From Planctomycetota bacterium (GTDB lineage: Bacteria; Planctomycetota; Phycisphaerae; UBA1845), in the NCBI GenBank assembly GCA_043806315.1, contig JAZDHF010000044.1, forward strand, positions 1-62,363: a DNA stretch of 62,363 bases, in the 5' to 3' direction. This document shows, one piece after another, positions 30,416-39,800 of the stretch. The first letter of the stretch is position 1; every line of letters starts with the position of its first letter. Both the position numbers and the translations under genes were made by a program. Below the pieces are notes generated by a model. It saw only the letters and a program-made list of their open reading frames with translations. It did not search any database and was not told the DNA's origin.

Positions 30416-32155
30416 ATGGAGAACCTCATTGCCTCCGACCCAGGCGGGCGGAACGTCTTCGGTCTGGTCGTCGCGGATCAGCTTCGGCTCGCTGCCCAGT
30501 CGTTGCGGTTGGGCAGGCGTGTGGGCATTGTGAGCGGGTTCTATATTCCGCAGGCAGGCGCCGGCGAGACTGACGGCCCGCCGGGCGCAAAAGTCGTCGG
30601 CGACGCCCTTCGCGCCCTCGGCATCGAAGTGGATTACATCACTGACCGCTGGAACGAACCGCTGTTTCGCGCCCTTGACATCGAACCGCTTCTCGAACCG
30701 CACGACTACGTGACGCGAGTACAGCCCACGCACCTGGTCGCCGTCGAGCGCGCCGGTCGGGGCCGCGACGGACGGTATCGCAACATGCGGGGCCTCGACA
30801 TTTCCGCGACCACTGTGCCGCTCGACGAACTGTTCTTGGAGGCAGGACGGCGGGGATTGACCACCATCGGCATCGGCGATGGCGGCAACGAGATCGGCAT
30901 GGGCAAGGTGTTCGCCGAAGCTCTTTCGACCATCGACCACGGAGCGGACATCGCCAGCACTGTGGCCACCGACTTTTGCATCGCCGCCGGGGTGTCGAAC
31001 TGGGGGGCGTACGGGCTGGCCGGGGCGTTGTCCGTGCTTACAGGCCGTGATTTGCTGCCCTCGGCCGAGGACTGCGTGAAGGACATTGTTCGCGTCGTGC
31101 AATCGGGTGGTGCCGTGGACGGCGTCACCCACCGTCGGGAAGCGACTGTCGATGGCCTAAAGCTTTCCGCCAGTGTTCGGATGCTCGAGAACATCCGCCG
31201 CCAGATCACCCCCTCGCCCTTGGAGAAGGGCGAGTCGTTGTTGGTGGGGGTCCTGGGTTACGGCGAGACGGGTCGATCTGCGTCGGCTCTGCTGAGCAAG
31301 CACGGCCACCGTGTCCGTATCTCCGATATCGGAAGCCTCACCCTGGAGCGAGGTCTGGTCGTCGATGGGGTCGAGACCGGCGGTCATACCCTTGATTTTC
31401 TGCAGGGCTGCGACCTCGTCGTCGCCAGCCCCGGCGTCCGCGAGGACAGTCCGATCCGCGACGAGCTTCACCGTCGCGGCGTCCCGGTGATGAGCGAACT
31501 GGAAATGGCCTTCCAGCTCTGCCCGCGCGATCTGATCGCCGTCACCGGCACGATCGGCAAGCGCACCACGGTCGAGCTTCTGCAGTCATTGTTCAAGTGC
31601 GCGGGTCGGACGCTGACCATCGGCGGCAATCGCGGGTTACCCCTATCCGCACTACTTCTCGACCGCGAGGACCCCCCTGAATCCCCCCTTACAAAGGGGG
31701 GAAAGAGGGGGGTCACCGCTTCCGACCCTATTGCCCTCGCGGTCTCAAGTTTCCAATTGGAGACCGTGGTCCATTTTCGTCCGCACATCGCCATTCTCCT
31801 CAACATCGACGAGGCCCATCTCGACCGCCACCGCTCCATCGCCGAGTACATCCGCATCAAGAGCCGCATCTTCATGAACCACCGGCCCGACGATATCCTC
31901 ATTCTTCCCTTCGACGACGAGCGACTGCGGACGCTCTCCCGTAAGCACCATGGCCGCACTTTCTTCGTCTCGCGCAAGCAAGCCGTCGATCGCGGGGCCT
32001 GGCTCGCCGACGGGGCGATCTGGACGAACATCGACGGAACCGTCGAGCGCATCGGCGACGCCGAAGCCTGCCCATCGGCCCGTTATCCGTATCCCGAAAA
32101 CCTGCTGTCCGCCGCAATCGCCGCTCGCCTCTGCGGCCTGCCCGCCGCCGTGTAA
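30416..32155 (+). CDS. Fusion protein: DUF4392 (D-glutamate cyclase-like) domain + MurD-like Mur-ligase N-terminal and central domains, with no Mur-ligase C-terminal domain
   Basis: The N-terminal half has GFYIPQAGAGETDGPPGA and GIGDGGNEIGMGKV, which are DUF4392 hallmarks. The C-terminal half aligns by eye to MurD: LVVASPGV, VTGTIGKRTT (P-loop), GGNRGLPLS, AVSSFQLE, LLNIDEAHLDRH, YIRIKSRIF. It ends at ..ARLCGLPAAV, where MurD domain 3 would begin. The start is ATG 30416, with an alternative GTG at 30356. Confidence 0.7.
   Translation: MENLIASDPGGRNVFGLVVADQLRLAAQSLRLGRRVGIVSGFYIPQAGAGETDGPPGAKVVGDALRALGIEVDYITDRWNEPLFRALDIEPLLEPHDYVTRVQPTHLVAVERAGRGRDGRYRNMRGLDISATTVPLDELFLEAGRRGLTTIGIGDGGNEIGMGKVFAEALSTIDHGADIASTVATDFCIAAGVSNWGAYGLAGALSVLTGRDLLPSAEDCVKDIVRVVQSGGAVDGVTHRREATVDGLKLSASVRMLENIRRQITPSPLEKGESLLVGVLGYGETGRSASALLSKHGHRVRISDIGSLTLERGLVVDGVETGGHTLDFLQGCDLVVASPGVREDSPIRDELHRRGVPVMSELEMAFQLCPRDLIAVTGTIGKRTTVELLQSLFKCAGRTLTIGGNRGLPLSALLLDREDPPESPLTKGGKRGVTASDPIALAVSSFQLETVVHFRPHIAILLNIDEAHLDRHRSIAEYIRIKSRIFMNHRPDDILILPFDDERLRTLSRKHHGRTFFVSRKQAVDRGAWLADGAIWTNIDGTVERIGDAEACPSARYPYPENLLSAAIAARLCGLPAAV
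31672..31716. repeat. C6/G6 hairpin element inserted in frame inside the MurD-like region
   Basis: ATCCCCCC-TTACAAA-GGGGGG-AAAGA-GGGGGG-T encodes ..PESPLTKGGKRGV.. at a position where E. coli MurD has no residues. A second copy lies at 59460-59497 in intergenic DNA. Confidence 0.7.
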
Positions 32156-32187
32156 AAACGGGTGCCACTCGCAGCTCGTCCGCGAGT

Positions 32188-32323
32188 GCCTTCAACTTTT
32201 CAACCCTTGAACCCTTCCCACTCTTCAAACCCTTGAACTCCTCCCACTCTTCAAACCCTTGAACCCCTCTCCCCCTTTACACCTTTCAACCTTCCGCCCT
32301 TGAACCCTTCAACCTTCCGCCCC
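32188..32323. repeat. Low-complexity direct repeats (CCCACTCTTCAAACCCTTGAAC x2; TTCAACCTTCCGCCC x2)
   Basis: Copies at 32217-32238 and 32243-32264, and at 32285-32299 and 32308-32322. They start about 30 nt after the stop of the fusion gene. The TTGAAC-rich composition resembles the heptads at 30323-30343. Confidence 0.7.
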
Positions 32324-32371
32324 GCCTTGCCACACCACACGCGACCCCTGGAAAGCGTCCCCCACACAACC

Positions 32372-32485
32372 TCGCAGTTTGTCCGGCAATGTCCCTCCAG
32401 GTCGGCTGAGCATCCGATCGACCGTCTGAACCAGCCGACGCGTTCGCCGCCGGTCACCCAATTGCGCTTTCCCGAAATGCTCCAT
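32372..32485 (-). mobile_element. IS4/Tn5-like transposase N-terminal (DNA-binding) fragment
   Basis: MEHFGKAQLGDRRRTRRLVQTVDRMLSRPGGTLPDKL matches the LGD-x-RRT-x-RLV...PG-x-S/T-LP pattern at the N-terminus of Tn5-type transposases. Nothing recognisable follows. Confidence 0.55.
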
Positions 32486-32831
32486 CCCCAAACTGACCGC
32501 CTCGCCTTGCAGGGCCTCCATGCCCCACGCTCCTTCCCTTCGCGGCTCAGGGCAGGCCTTGTATCTGAAACCCGTCCGCAGGAATCCACTCCGGCGGCTA
32601 CTCATAATGTACCCGAGATGTGGGTAAACCTAAGGCGCCGACCCGGGGGCCAAGACCGAAGGGCGGGCGGCCGGCTCGGTCGCCCGTCTTTCCCCTCTTC
32701 GGGATTGGCGCCCAAGCGGAAAATCCCTCGCGGCGCAGCCGCGAGTTCCCAGTGTGAAAACTCCGGGAGGCGGTCTCCCGGACGTAGCGAACTCAGAACG
32801 ACATAGACTCCATCTCACGCTGAACCAGCAC

Positions 32832-32960
32832 ATGCGTCGGAGGCATTTGCGTGAACACCCCAACATTCTCAAACGACTGCTGATTCACGTCGCCGGATTC
32901 AATCTGAGTTTGGTGCTGCGGAAGATGCTGGGTCTGGGAACGGCCCGAGGCTTGCAGGGT
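32832..32960 (+). mobile_element. IS5/IS1182-like transposase C-terminal fragment
   Basis: MRRRHLREHPNILKRLLIHVAGFNLSLVLRKMLGLGTARGLQG resembles the extreme C-terminus of IS5/IS1182-group DDE transposases. No upstream catalytic region is present. Confidence 0.55.
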
Positions 32961-32992
32961 CTGACGGCGGCGACGCGGCGGGAACGAAGAAG

Positions 32993-33178
32993 GTGTACGA
33001 TGACATGGTGAAGCTGGCGGCAACGCTGGCGAAGTACGCGCCAAAGGTTTGTCAGTGCCCGATGAAGTGTGAGGGCGAGAAGAGCTACGACAAGCCCGGA
33101 AAATGCCCCAAGTGCGGCATGGACCTCAAGGACGCCAAGTCGCACGTCGACCATGAGGCCGAGCACGGGGGACATTAA
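32993..33178 (+). CDS. Small heavy-metal-binding-domain (HMBD-like zinc-ribbon) protein, possibly 5'-truncated
   Basis: CQCPMKCEGEKSYDKPGKCPKCGMDLK fits the CPMH...PG-x-CP-x-CGM-x-L HMBD pattern, with a His-rich tail (HVDHEAEHGGH). It begins directly at the IS fragment and uses a GTG start. Confidence 0.5.
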   Translation: MYDDMVKLAATLAKYAPKVCQCPMKCEGEKSYDKPGKCPKCGMDLKDAKSHVDHEAEHGGH

Positions 33179-33295
33179 CGATGACCGGGGCCCACGTCCG
33201 ATGAGGGAGATGGCTGACGGGCGGCCACACGAGAGAGCCCCAGACCCGATTCGGAGTGGCCTTGGATTTCGGGACATGTTCGGTACGGGTCCGCG

Positions 33296-34864
33296 TTGGC
33301 GATTGGATCCGCAACGGAAAATGCTATGATAGTGCGCAAGATGAGTGGGAGATCGTGTGTCGTGTTGCTGGCCGGCTTGACCTGTTCGTGCGCGCGGGTG
33401 GACCACACGGCGGAGTTTCGTCAGGCGGCCGGACAGATGAAGACGGCGTCGGGCCTGGAACCACCGTGGGGCGACGGCGCCGAGCCGCAGGACTTGACGC
33501 TGGACGACGGCGACGTGCTCCCCCTGGATCGCGCCGTCGTGCTGGCTCTACGCAACAACCGGTCCCTTCGCGCGGATCTGGAAACGATCGCGTCGGCCAA
33601 GGCGGATCTCGTACAGGCCGGACTCCTGTCGAATCCGATGCTTTCGGTGATGGCGCGTTTCCCGGAGGGCGGCGGGCGGGCGAGTCTCGATTTCGGTCTT
33701 TCGAAAGACATTGCGGAACTGTGGTTGATCCCCAGCCGCAAACGGGCCGCGCAGCGGATGCTCCAGCGCACGATCCTGTCGTTCACGGATTCGGCCGTCG
33801 CCCTGGTCAACGAAGTGAAGACGACTTACTACACGGTTGGCTATCAGACTACGGCGATCGAGTTGCAGAATCGGAACATCCGGGTCTTGCAGGAGACGGT
33901 GGAACTGGCTCAGGCGAGGTTCCGCGCCGGCGATACGAGCCAGCTCGACGTGAACCTGACGCGAAGTCGGCTCATCGAGGCGCAGTTGGAGCTTCTGGCG
34001 CTTCGAACCGAATACGGGACTTCGCAGCGCACGCTGTTGCGTATGATGGGCGTCGCCGCGTTTCCCGGCGAATGGAGATTCCAGCCAATCGAGCCGCCGC
34101 GTCTTACCGTCGCGGAAGACGAATCCGTCGTGGAAAACACGGCCTTGGAACGGCGACTGGATGTGCAGGCGGCGTGGTGGGAGGTCGAGACCGCCGCGGC
34201 CGACGTGGAGCAGCAGCGCCTCCGCCTGTTTCCTTCATTGGGGCTGGGGCTGTCGGCGGAACGACCCGAACGTCGGGCGACGCCGGGACGCAAACTCTTG
34301 GCGGACACAGCCAGAGCCTCAGCGGCAAACGGAGCGCTGACGGCGCCGGATATCCAGTCCCGCGCTGAGCGCCGTCGCGAACGCAGCCAGGAGATCGACG
34401 CCGTCCTCGGTCCCTCGATCGAGGTTCCGTTGCCGATCTTCGACCAGAACCAGGCCCAGGTCGCCAAAGCACAGGCTCGGGCGCGGGAGTTAAAGCAGCG
34501 TTATGAAGAGATCGAGCAGCGCGTCGTCGAGGGCGTGCGTACCGCACTGTACACCTATCGACTGGCGCAAGAGCGGGTCCGGGTGTTCAAGGAATCCCTC
34601 CTTCCCCAGCAGGACGCGAACCTGCGCTTCGCGGAGAAATCATACCAGGCCGGTCAGGAAAACATCCTGACCGTTCTTCTGGCGCAGGAAGCGCTCATCC
34701 GTTCGCAGCTCAGCGCCGCGGCGGCGGAGCGCGATCTTGCAGTCAGTTCGGCCAACCTCGAACGCCAGCTCGCCGGTCAAATCCCGGACTTTTTGCTTCA
34801 ACCTGCCGAAACTGCGTCGCCGTCCGCGCTGCCGGAGGGCGGAGAAAAGAACAACGATAACTGA
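33296..34864 (+). CDS. Outer-membrane efflux protein, TolC/CzcC/CusC family
   Basis: A lipoprotein-like N-terminus (VVLLAGLTCSCA) and a duplicated OEP-type coiled-coil pattern (LDRAVVLALRNNRSLRA.., ..LTRSRLIEAQLELL..). It is the first gene of a three-gene RND operon. An alternative start is at 33326. Confidence 0.8.
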   Translation: MAIGSATENAMIVRKMSGRSCVVLLAGLTCSCARVDHTAEFRQAAGQMKTASGLEPPWGDGAEPQDLTLDDGDVLPLDRAVVLALRNNRSLRADLETIASAKADLVQAGLLSNPMLSVMARFPEGGGRASLDFGLSKDIAELWLIPSRKRAAQRMLQRTILSFTDSAVALVNEVKTTYYTVGYQTTAIELQNRNIRVLQETVELAQARFRAGDTSQLDVNLTRSRLIEAQLELLALRTEYGTSQRTLLRMMGVAAFPGEWRFQPIEPPRLTVAEDESVVENTALERRLDVQAAWWEVETAAADVEQQRLRLFPSLGLGLSAERPERRATPGRKLLADTARASAANGALTAPDIQSRAERRRERSQEIDAVLGPSIEVPLPIFDQNQAQVAKAQARARELKQRYEEIEQRVVEGVRTALYTYRLAQERVRVFKESLLPQQDANLRFAEKSYQAGQENILTVLLAQEALIRSQLSAAAAERDLAVSSANLERQLAGQIPDFLLQPAETASPSALPEGGEKNNDN

Positions 34865-34887
34865 CCCGACTTTTCAGGATCGCTGCC

Positions 34888-36861
34888 ATGCCGTCGCCAT
34901 CGAGTAACTCAGTCGGAGAGCAGGGGACATCCGTCCTCGGCCGTCTGTGGACGTTCGTTCGGATCATGAACGTCCGACTTCGATTCATCTTCCTGATGCT
35001 CCTCGTGGGCCTGCTCGTCGGCTACTGGGAAACCGTCATGAACTACTACGACCGATGGACGAGACCGGAAACCGTCGTTGCGGCTGTCCAAGCCGAAGAG
35101 ATCGAATACTACTGCGCGATGCATCCCAACATCGTGCGTTCCGAGCCGAGCCAATGCCCGATCTGCGGGATGCCGCTGTCGAAGCGGTCCAAGACGGCCG
35201 CGGCGCAATTGCCGGAGGGTGTTCTGGCACGCCAGCAACTGAGCCCTTACAGGGTAGCGCTGGGGGGCATCGCTACCTCGCCCATCGAGTATCGCCTGCT
35301 GGCGCGGGAAATCCGTACCGTCGGCATTGTGGATTACGATGAGACCCGTCGCGCCTTCATCGCCGCTCGTATCAAGGGGCGCATCGACAAGCTGTTCGTG
35401 AATTATGAAGGACAGCACGTCGAGAAGGGCGACCCTCTGGCTTGGATATACAGTCCGGACCTGCTCACGACGCAGGAAGGTCTACTGGTTGAATACCGCC
35501 GACTTCAGCAGATGCGGGCCGGCAACAGCTCCGACCTCGCCGCCCAGGAATCATTGGTCGAGGACGCCAAGAAAAGACTGATCCTCTGGGGCATTACCGA
35601 ACGGCAAATCGACGAAATCCTCGCCCGCGGCACGTCACAGACTCACCTCGTCATCTACTCACCGATGGCCGGCATTGTGACGGAGAAGAACGTGCTTGAG
35701 GGCCATTATGTGGAGGCAGGCGGAGACCTTTATACGATCGCGGATCTCAGTCGAGTTTGGATGCAGGCGAAAATCTTTGAAGACGAGATGGCCGGCGTCG
35801 ATGTCGGCAGCGCGGTGGAAACCAGGAGCACGGCCTACCCCAATGAAATCTTCGCCGGGCGGATCGCGTTCGTCGCGTACACGGTAGACCCCACGACCCG
35901 AACCGTGGCGGCCCGGGTGGAAGTCGATAACCCAGACTACAAACTGAAACCGGGCATGTACGCCCAGGCCTACATTCGACTGCCGGTCGGCAAAGTGACC
36001 GTACTAACGGAGGAGGAGGCGAAAGCCGCCTTGGCGCCCCAGGCTGCGAAACCTTCCGCCACATCGACGGACGTCCTGACGGCCGCGTACCTCGATCTCG
36101 TCGCCGCGTTCTTTAACGACAAGACGGACGAGGCGGCCCTCGCCAAGCTGCGTTCCGAGGCCGAAACCCTCAAACAGCGTCTCACCGGCGAAGCCGCCGC
36201 ACACTCAGGCGCCATTTTCGAAAGCGCCGTCGCCATGACCGGCAAGCCCCTCGCCGAGCAACGCAAACAGCTCAAGTCCCTCAGCGCTCACGCCATCGAG
36301 CTGCTACGGAAGAATCCCCCCGCCCAGGTCACCCTGTACGTCGTGCACTGCCCGATGGTCCCGGCTGACTGGCTGCAATCGCGGAAGGGAATCAACAATC
36401 CCTATTACGGACCGGAGATGGCCTACTGCGGTGAAGTGACCGGCTCCATTGAACACGCCGCCGGCGGACAGGACCCGCGGTTCGCGGTGGGTTACTACTG
36501 CCCGGTTTTTCCCGATCGGCTTTACGAGAAACCGGAAACCTGCCCACTGGACAAGTTTCCGTTGAAACCGGCCAGGGTGGAGAGGGTTCTTGCTGTTCCC
36601 GCATCCGCGATTGTGAACACGGGCAAGCGGAAAGTCGTCTACCGCGAGAGCGCTCCCGGCACCTTCGATATGCTCGAGATTGAAGCGGGCAACCGGGCGG
36701 GCGAATTCTATCCCGTGGTTACGGGCCTGAAGGAAGGTGATCGCGTGGCGACGGCCGGGGCCTTTCTCGTCGACGCCGAGAATCGTTTGAATCCCGCCGC
36801 GAGCGCCCAGTACTTCGGCGCCAGCGGCGGACCGCAAAGCGGTCAGCAGGACAAACATTAG
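34888..36861 (+). CDS. RND efflux periplasmic adaptor (CusB/CzcB-like) with N-terminal HMBD and an internal DUF3347-like insert
   Basis: The HMBD is YYCAMHPNIVRSEPSQCPICGMPL and the MFP core includes IKGRIDKLFVNYEGQHVEKGDPL. An extra helical segment is followed by VVHCPMV...WLQ and a degenerate second CP..CP motif. Confidence 0.8.
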   Translation: MPSPSSNSVGEQGTSVLGRLWTFVRIMNVRLRFIFLMLLVGLLVGYWETVMNYYDRWTRPETVVAAVQAEEIEYYCAMHPNIVRSEPSQCPICGMPLSKRSKTAAAQLPEGVLARQQLSPYRVALGGIATSPIEYRLLAREIRTVGIVDYDETRRAFIAARIKGRIDKLFVNYEGQHVEKGDPLAWIYSPDLLTTQEGLLVEYRRLQQMRAGNSSDLAAQESLVEDAKKRLILWGITERQIDEILARGTSQTHLVIYSPMAGIVTEKNVLEGHYVEAGGDLYTIADLSRVWMQAKIFEDEMAGVDVGSAVETRSTAYPNEIFAGRIAFVAYTVDPTTRTVAARVEVDNPDYKLKPGMYAQAYIRLPVGKVTVLTEEEAKAALAPQAAKPSATSTDVLTAAYLDLVAAFFNDKTDEAALAKLRSEAETLKQRLTGEAAAHSGAIFESAVAMTGKPLAEQRKQLKSLSAHAIELLRKNPPAQVTLYVVHCPMVPADWLQSRKGINNPYYGPEMAYCGEVTGSIEHAAGGQDPRFAVGYYCPVFPDRLYEKPETCPLDKFPLKPARVERVLAVPASAIVNTGKRKVVYRESAPGTFDMLEIEAGNRAGEFYPVVTGLKEGDRVATAGAFLVDAENRLNPAASAQYFGASGGPQSGQQDKH

Positions 36862-36888
36862 TCGGCGCCGCCAGCCGCGAGGGCGGAC

Positions 36889-39800
36889 ATGGTCCCAAGG
36901 ATCATCGAATACTGCATCCGCAACCGCTTCATCGTGCTCATGATCATGGCCGGTGTGGCCGTGTGGGGCGTCTATTGCGTGCTCAAGACGCCGATCGACG
37001 CCATTCCCGACCTTTCCGAAAACCAGGTCATCGTCTTCACCGATTGGATGGGTCGGGCGCCGCAGGAAATCGACGACCAGATCACCTATCCGCTGTCGGT
37101 GAACTTGCAAGGCCTCGCGGGCGTGAAGGCCATCCGCTCGGCGAGCGAATTCAACTTCTCGATGATCAACATCATCTTCGACGAGCACACGGACTTCTAC
37201 TTCGCTCGCACGCGGGTCCTCGAACGGTTGAACATCGCCGGCACCTTCCTGCCCGCGGGGGCAGTGCCCTACCTCGCCCCTGATGCGACGGCGCTGGGAC
37301 AAATCTTTTGGTATACGGTGGAAGGCGACGGCTACAGCATCGACGAGCTGCGTGCCGTTCAGGACTGGTATGTCCGCTACCAGCTTTACGTTCCGGGCGT
37401 AGCCCAGGTGTCCAGCGTCGGAGGGTTCGTCCGGGAGTACCAGATCGACGTGGACCCCGACAAGCTGCGGGCGTTCGAGATTCCGCTCAGCACCGTCTTC
37501 GACGCCGTCGCCCGCAGCAACATCGCCGTCGGCGGCAAGGTCTATTTCGAGAACAACGCCGAGTACCTGATCCGCGGCGTGGGCTGGCTTCGCGGCGTCC
37601 ACGACCTGGAAAACGTCGTCGTCGCCGAGCGCAAGGGCGTGCCGATCTACATTCGCAACCTCGCCGCGGTGCAACTCGGTCCCGAATACCGCCGCAGCAT
37701 GTTGGAGAAGAACGACCGCGAGGCCGTCGGCGGCGTGGTGATGATGCGCTTTGGCGAGAACCCGCTGGCCGTCACCCAGTCCATCAAGGAACGCATCGAG
37801 CAATTGCAGGCGGGGCTCCCACCCGGCGTTCGCATCGTTCCCTTCTACGACCGTACCCGTCTAATCGATGGCGCCATCCACACCCTCGTCAGCACGCTCA
37901 CGCAAGAACTGATCGTAGCCAGCATTGCGATTCTGCTGATCCTGGCTCATTTCCGCAGCGCGATCGTCGTGTGCAGCACCCTGCCGATGGCCGTGCTCGT
38001 GGCGTTCATTTTCATGTATTACCTGGGCGTGCCCAGCAACATCATGTCCCTGTCCGGCATCGCCATTTCCATCGGTCTTTTCGTGGATGCCGCCGTGGTG
38101 ATGGTCGAGAACACGATCCACCAGTTGACCAAAGAGCATGGATCGGCCCGGATTCGCGGCGACACAACGGAAGCGGTGGTCCGCGCCTGCCGGTTGGTCG
38201 GCGCACCCATCTTTTTCGCCATGCTGATCATGCTGGTCTCGTTCATTCCCGTCTTTGCACTGGGCGGCACGGAAGGAAAGATGTTCCATCCGCTCGCGTT
38301 CACCAAGACGTTTGCCATGATCGGCGTGGCCATCATGGCCGTGACATTCGTGCCGGCGATGATTCCGATCTTCGTCAGGGGCCGCCTCCAGCGCGAAGAG
38401 GACAACTGGTTCGTCCGCACTTTCATCAACATCTACAAGCCGGTCCTGACTTGGCTCATGCACGTGCCCGCCGCGGGCATCTGGTTCATGGGTTTTTTGT
38501 TCATCGTCGGGACCGGGTTCATTGGGAGCCGTTCGCTTTTTCTGGGCATGCTCGCCCTGTCGTTGTTTTTCGGCAGCGTGTTCTTTCGACGGGCGTGGAG
38601 TAAGGGGCTGGCGTTCGTTCTGCTGTTCGCGACCGCGGTGTGGGCGTGGGGATTCCCGAAGCTGGGACGCGAGTTCATGCCTCCCCTGGACGAGGGGAGC
38701 GTTCTCGACATGCCCGTGACCGTCCCGCGAGTCTCGATCACTCAAGCGGCCGACGACATCCGCGTACGCGATGCGGTCATGCGCGGCTTCCCGGAAGTGG
38801 ACCAGGTCGTCGGCAAGGTCGGTCGGGCCGACACACCCACCGACCCGTCCGGCATCGACATGGTCGAGACGGTGGTCACTTTGCGACCCAAGGAGTGGTG
38901 GCCCAAGCGTAAGCTGCAGTTCAATGACGCCCTTGACGAAGCCCGACGATTGATCGCCGTCCTTCAGGAGAAAGGTCAACTGAAAGAGGATCTCGCCAAG
39001 GACGCGATCGAGACGCTGGCCAACAACGCGGCGATGGATGCGACGGTGGAGTTCGACCGCGCGATGCGCGATCTCGCCCTCCGGAGGCAGTTGGAGTTCG
39101 AGCCGGTGCTCGCCGAGCGTCTGGTTCGTGGGACCGTCGACGACCTCCTACGACTTTTCCGAACGAAGGGCGTCCTCAAACACGAGCCGGCGACGGCGGA
39201 CCTCGGTCCGATGATCGCGCCGCTCGTCAAGGAACACGGCTTGCTTCTCGTCGAAGTGCCGCGGCAGGAGGAAATAACTAAGCTCGTTGATTCGATCGCC
39301 CAGCGTCTTTCCGATCTCGGCGCCGTGGACAGGACGCCGGAGCTGCTTCTGCCGCGAGCCTTGTTCTGGACGGATCTGCGCGACGCGGTCCTCACGGCCC
39401 TGGGCGGCGAAAAACTGACGCTCGTCGGCGACTTGTTCGAACGCTGGCAACAGCGACTTCACGACGGTTGGGTCGAACGCGTCAGGGTGCTGAATTGGGA
39501 GCTAGAGGACCAGGCCGGCGGCGGCATGGTCTGGTCGCTGCTCACCGTCCTACGAGGACATGCCGAAGCAACCGGTCAGATCGCCCGTAATCCGAGCGAC
39601 GCCGACCTCCAGGCCATCCGCGCAACAGAGGAAGCGAGTTTTCGCAAACGCATCTTCCTCTGGCACAAGCTCAAGAGCGACATCGTCAAGGAAATGGACA
39701 GCGAACTGCAGATGCCCGGCTGGGGCAACATCTGGACGCAGCCCATCATCAACCGCGTGGATATGCTCGCCACCGGCGTGCGCACCATGATCGGCGTCAA

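Noticed and set aside
29264-31132. 622-aa minus-strand ORF spanning the oxoprolinase end and the DUF4392 region
   Set aside because: It is antisense to two plus-strand genes with clear family motifs and crosses their intergenic gap without any motif of its own.
33256-34368. 370-aa plus-strand ORF, Arg/Gly-rich
   Set aside because: It is an alternative frame of the TolC-family gene, with extreme Arg/Gly bias and no structure.
36304-37803. 499-aa minus-strand ORF, plus the 431-aa plus-strand ORF at 37308..38603
   Set aside because: These are antisense and alternative frames of cusA and the end of cusB. The cusA frame carries unmistakable RND motifs.
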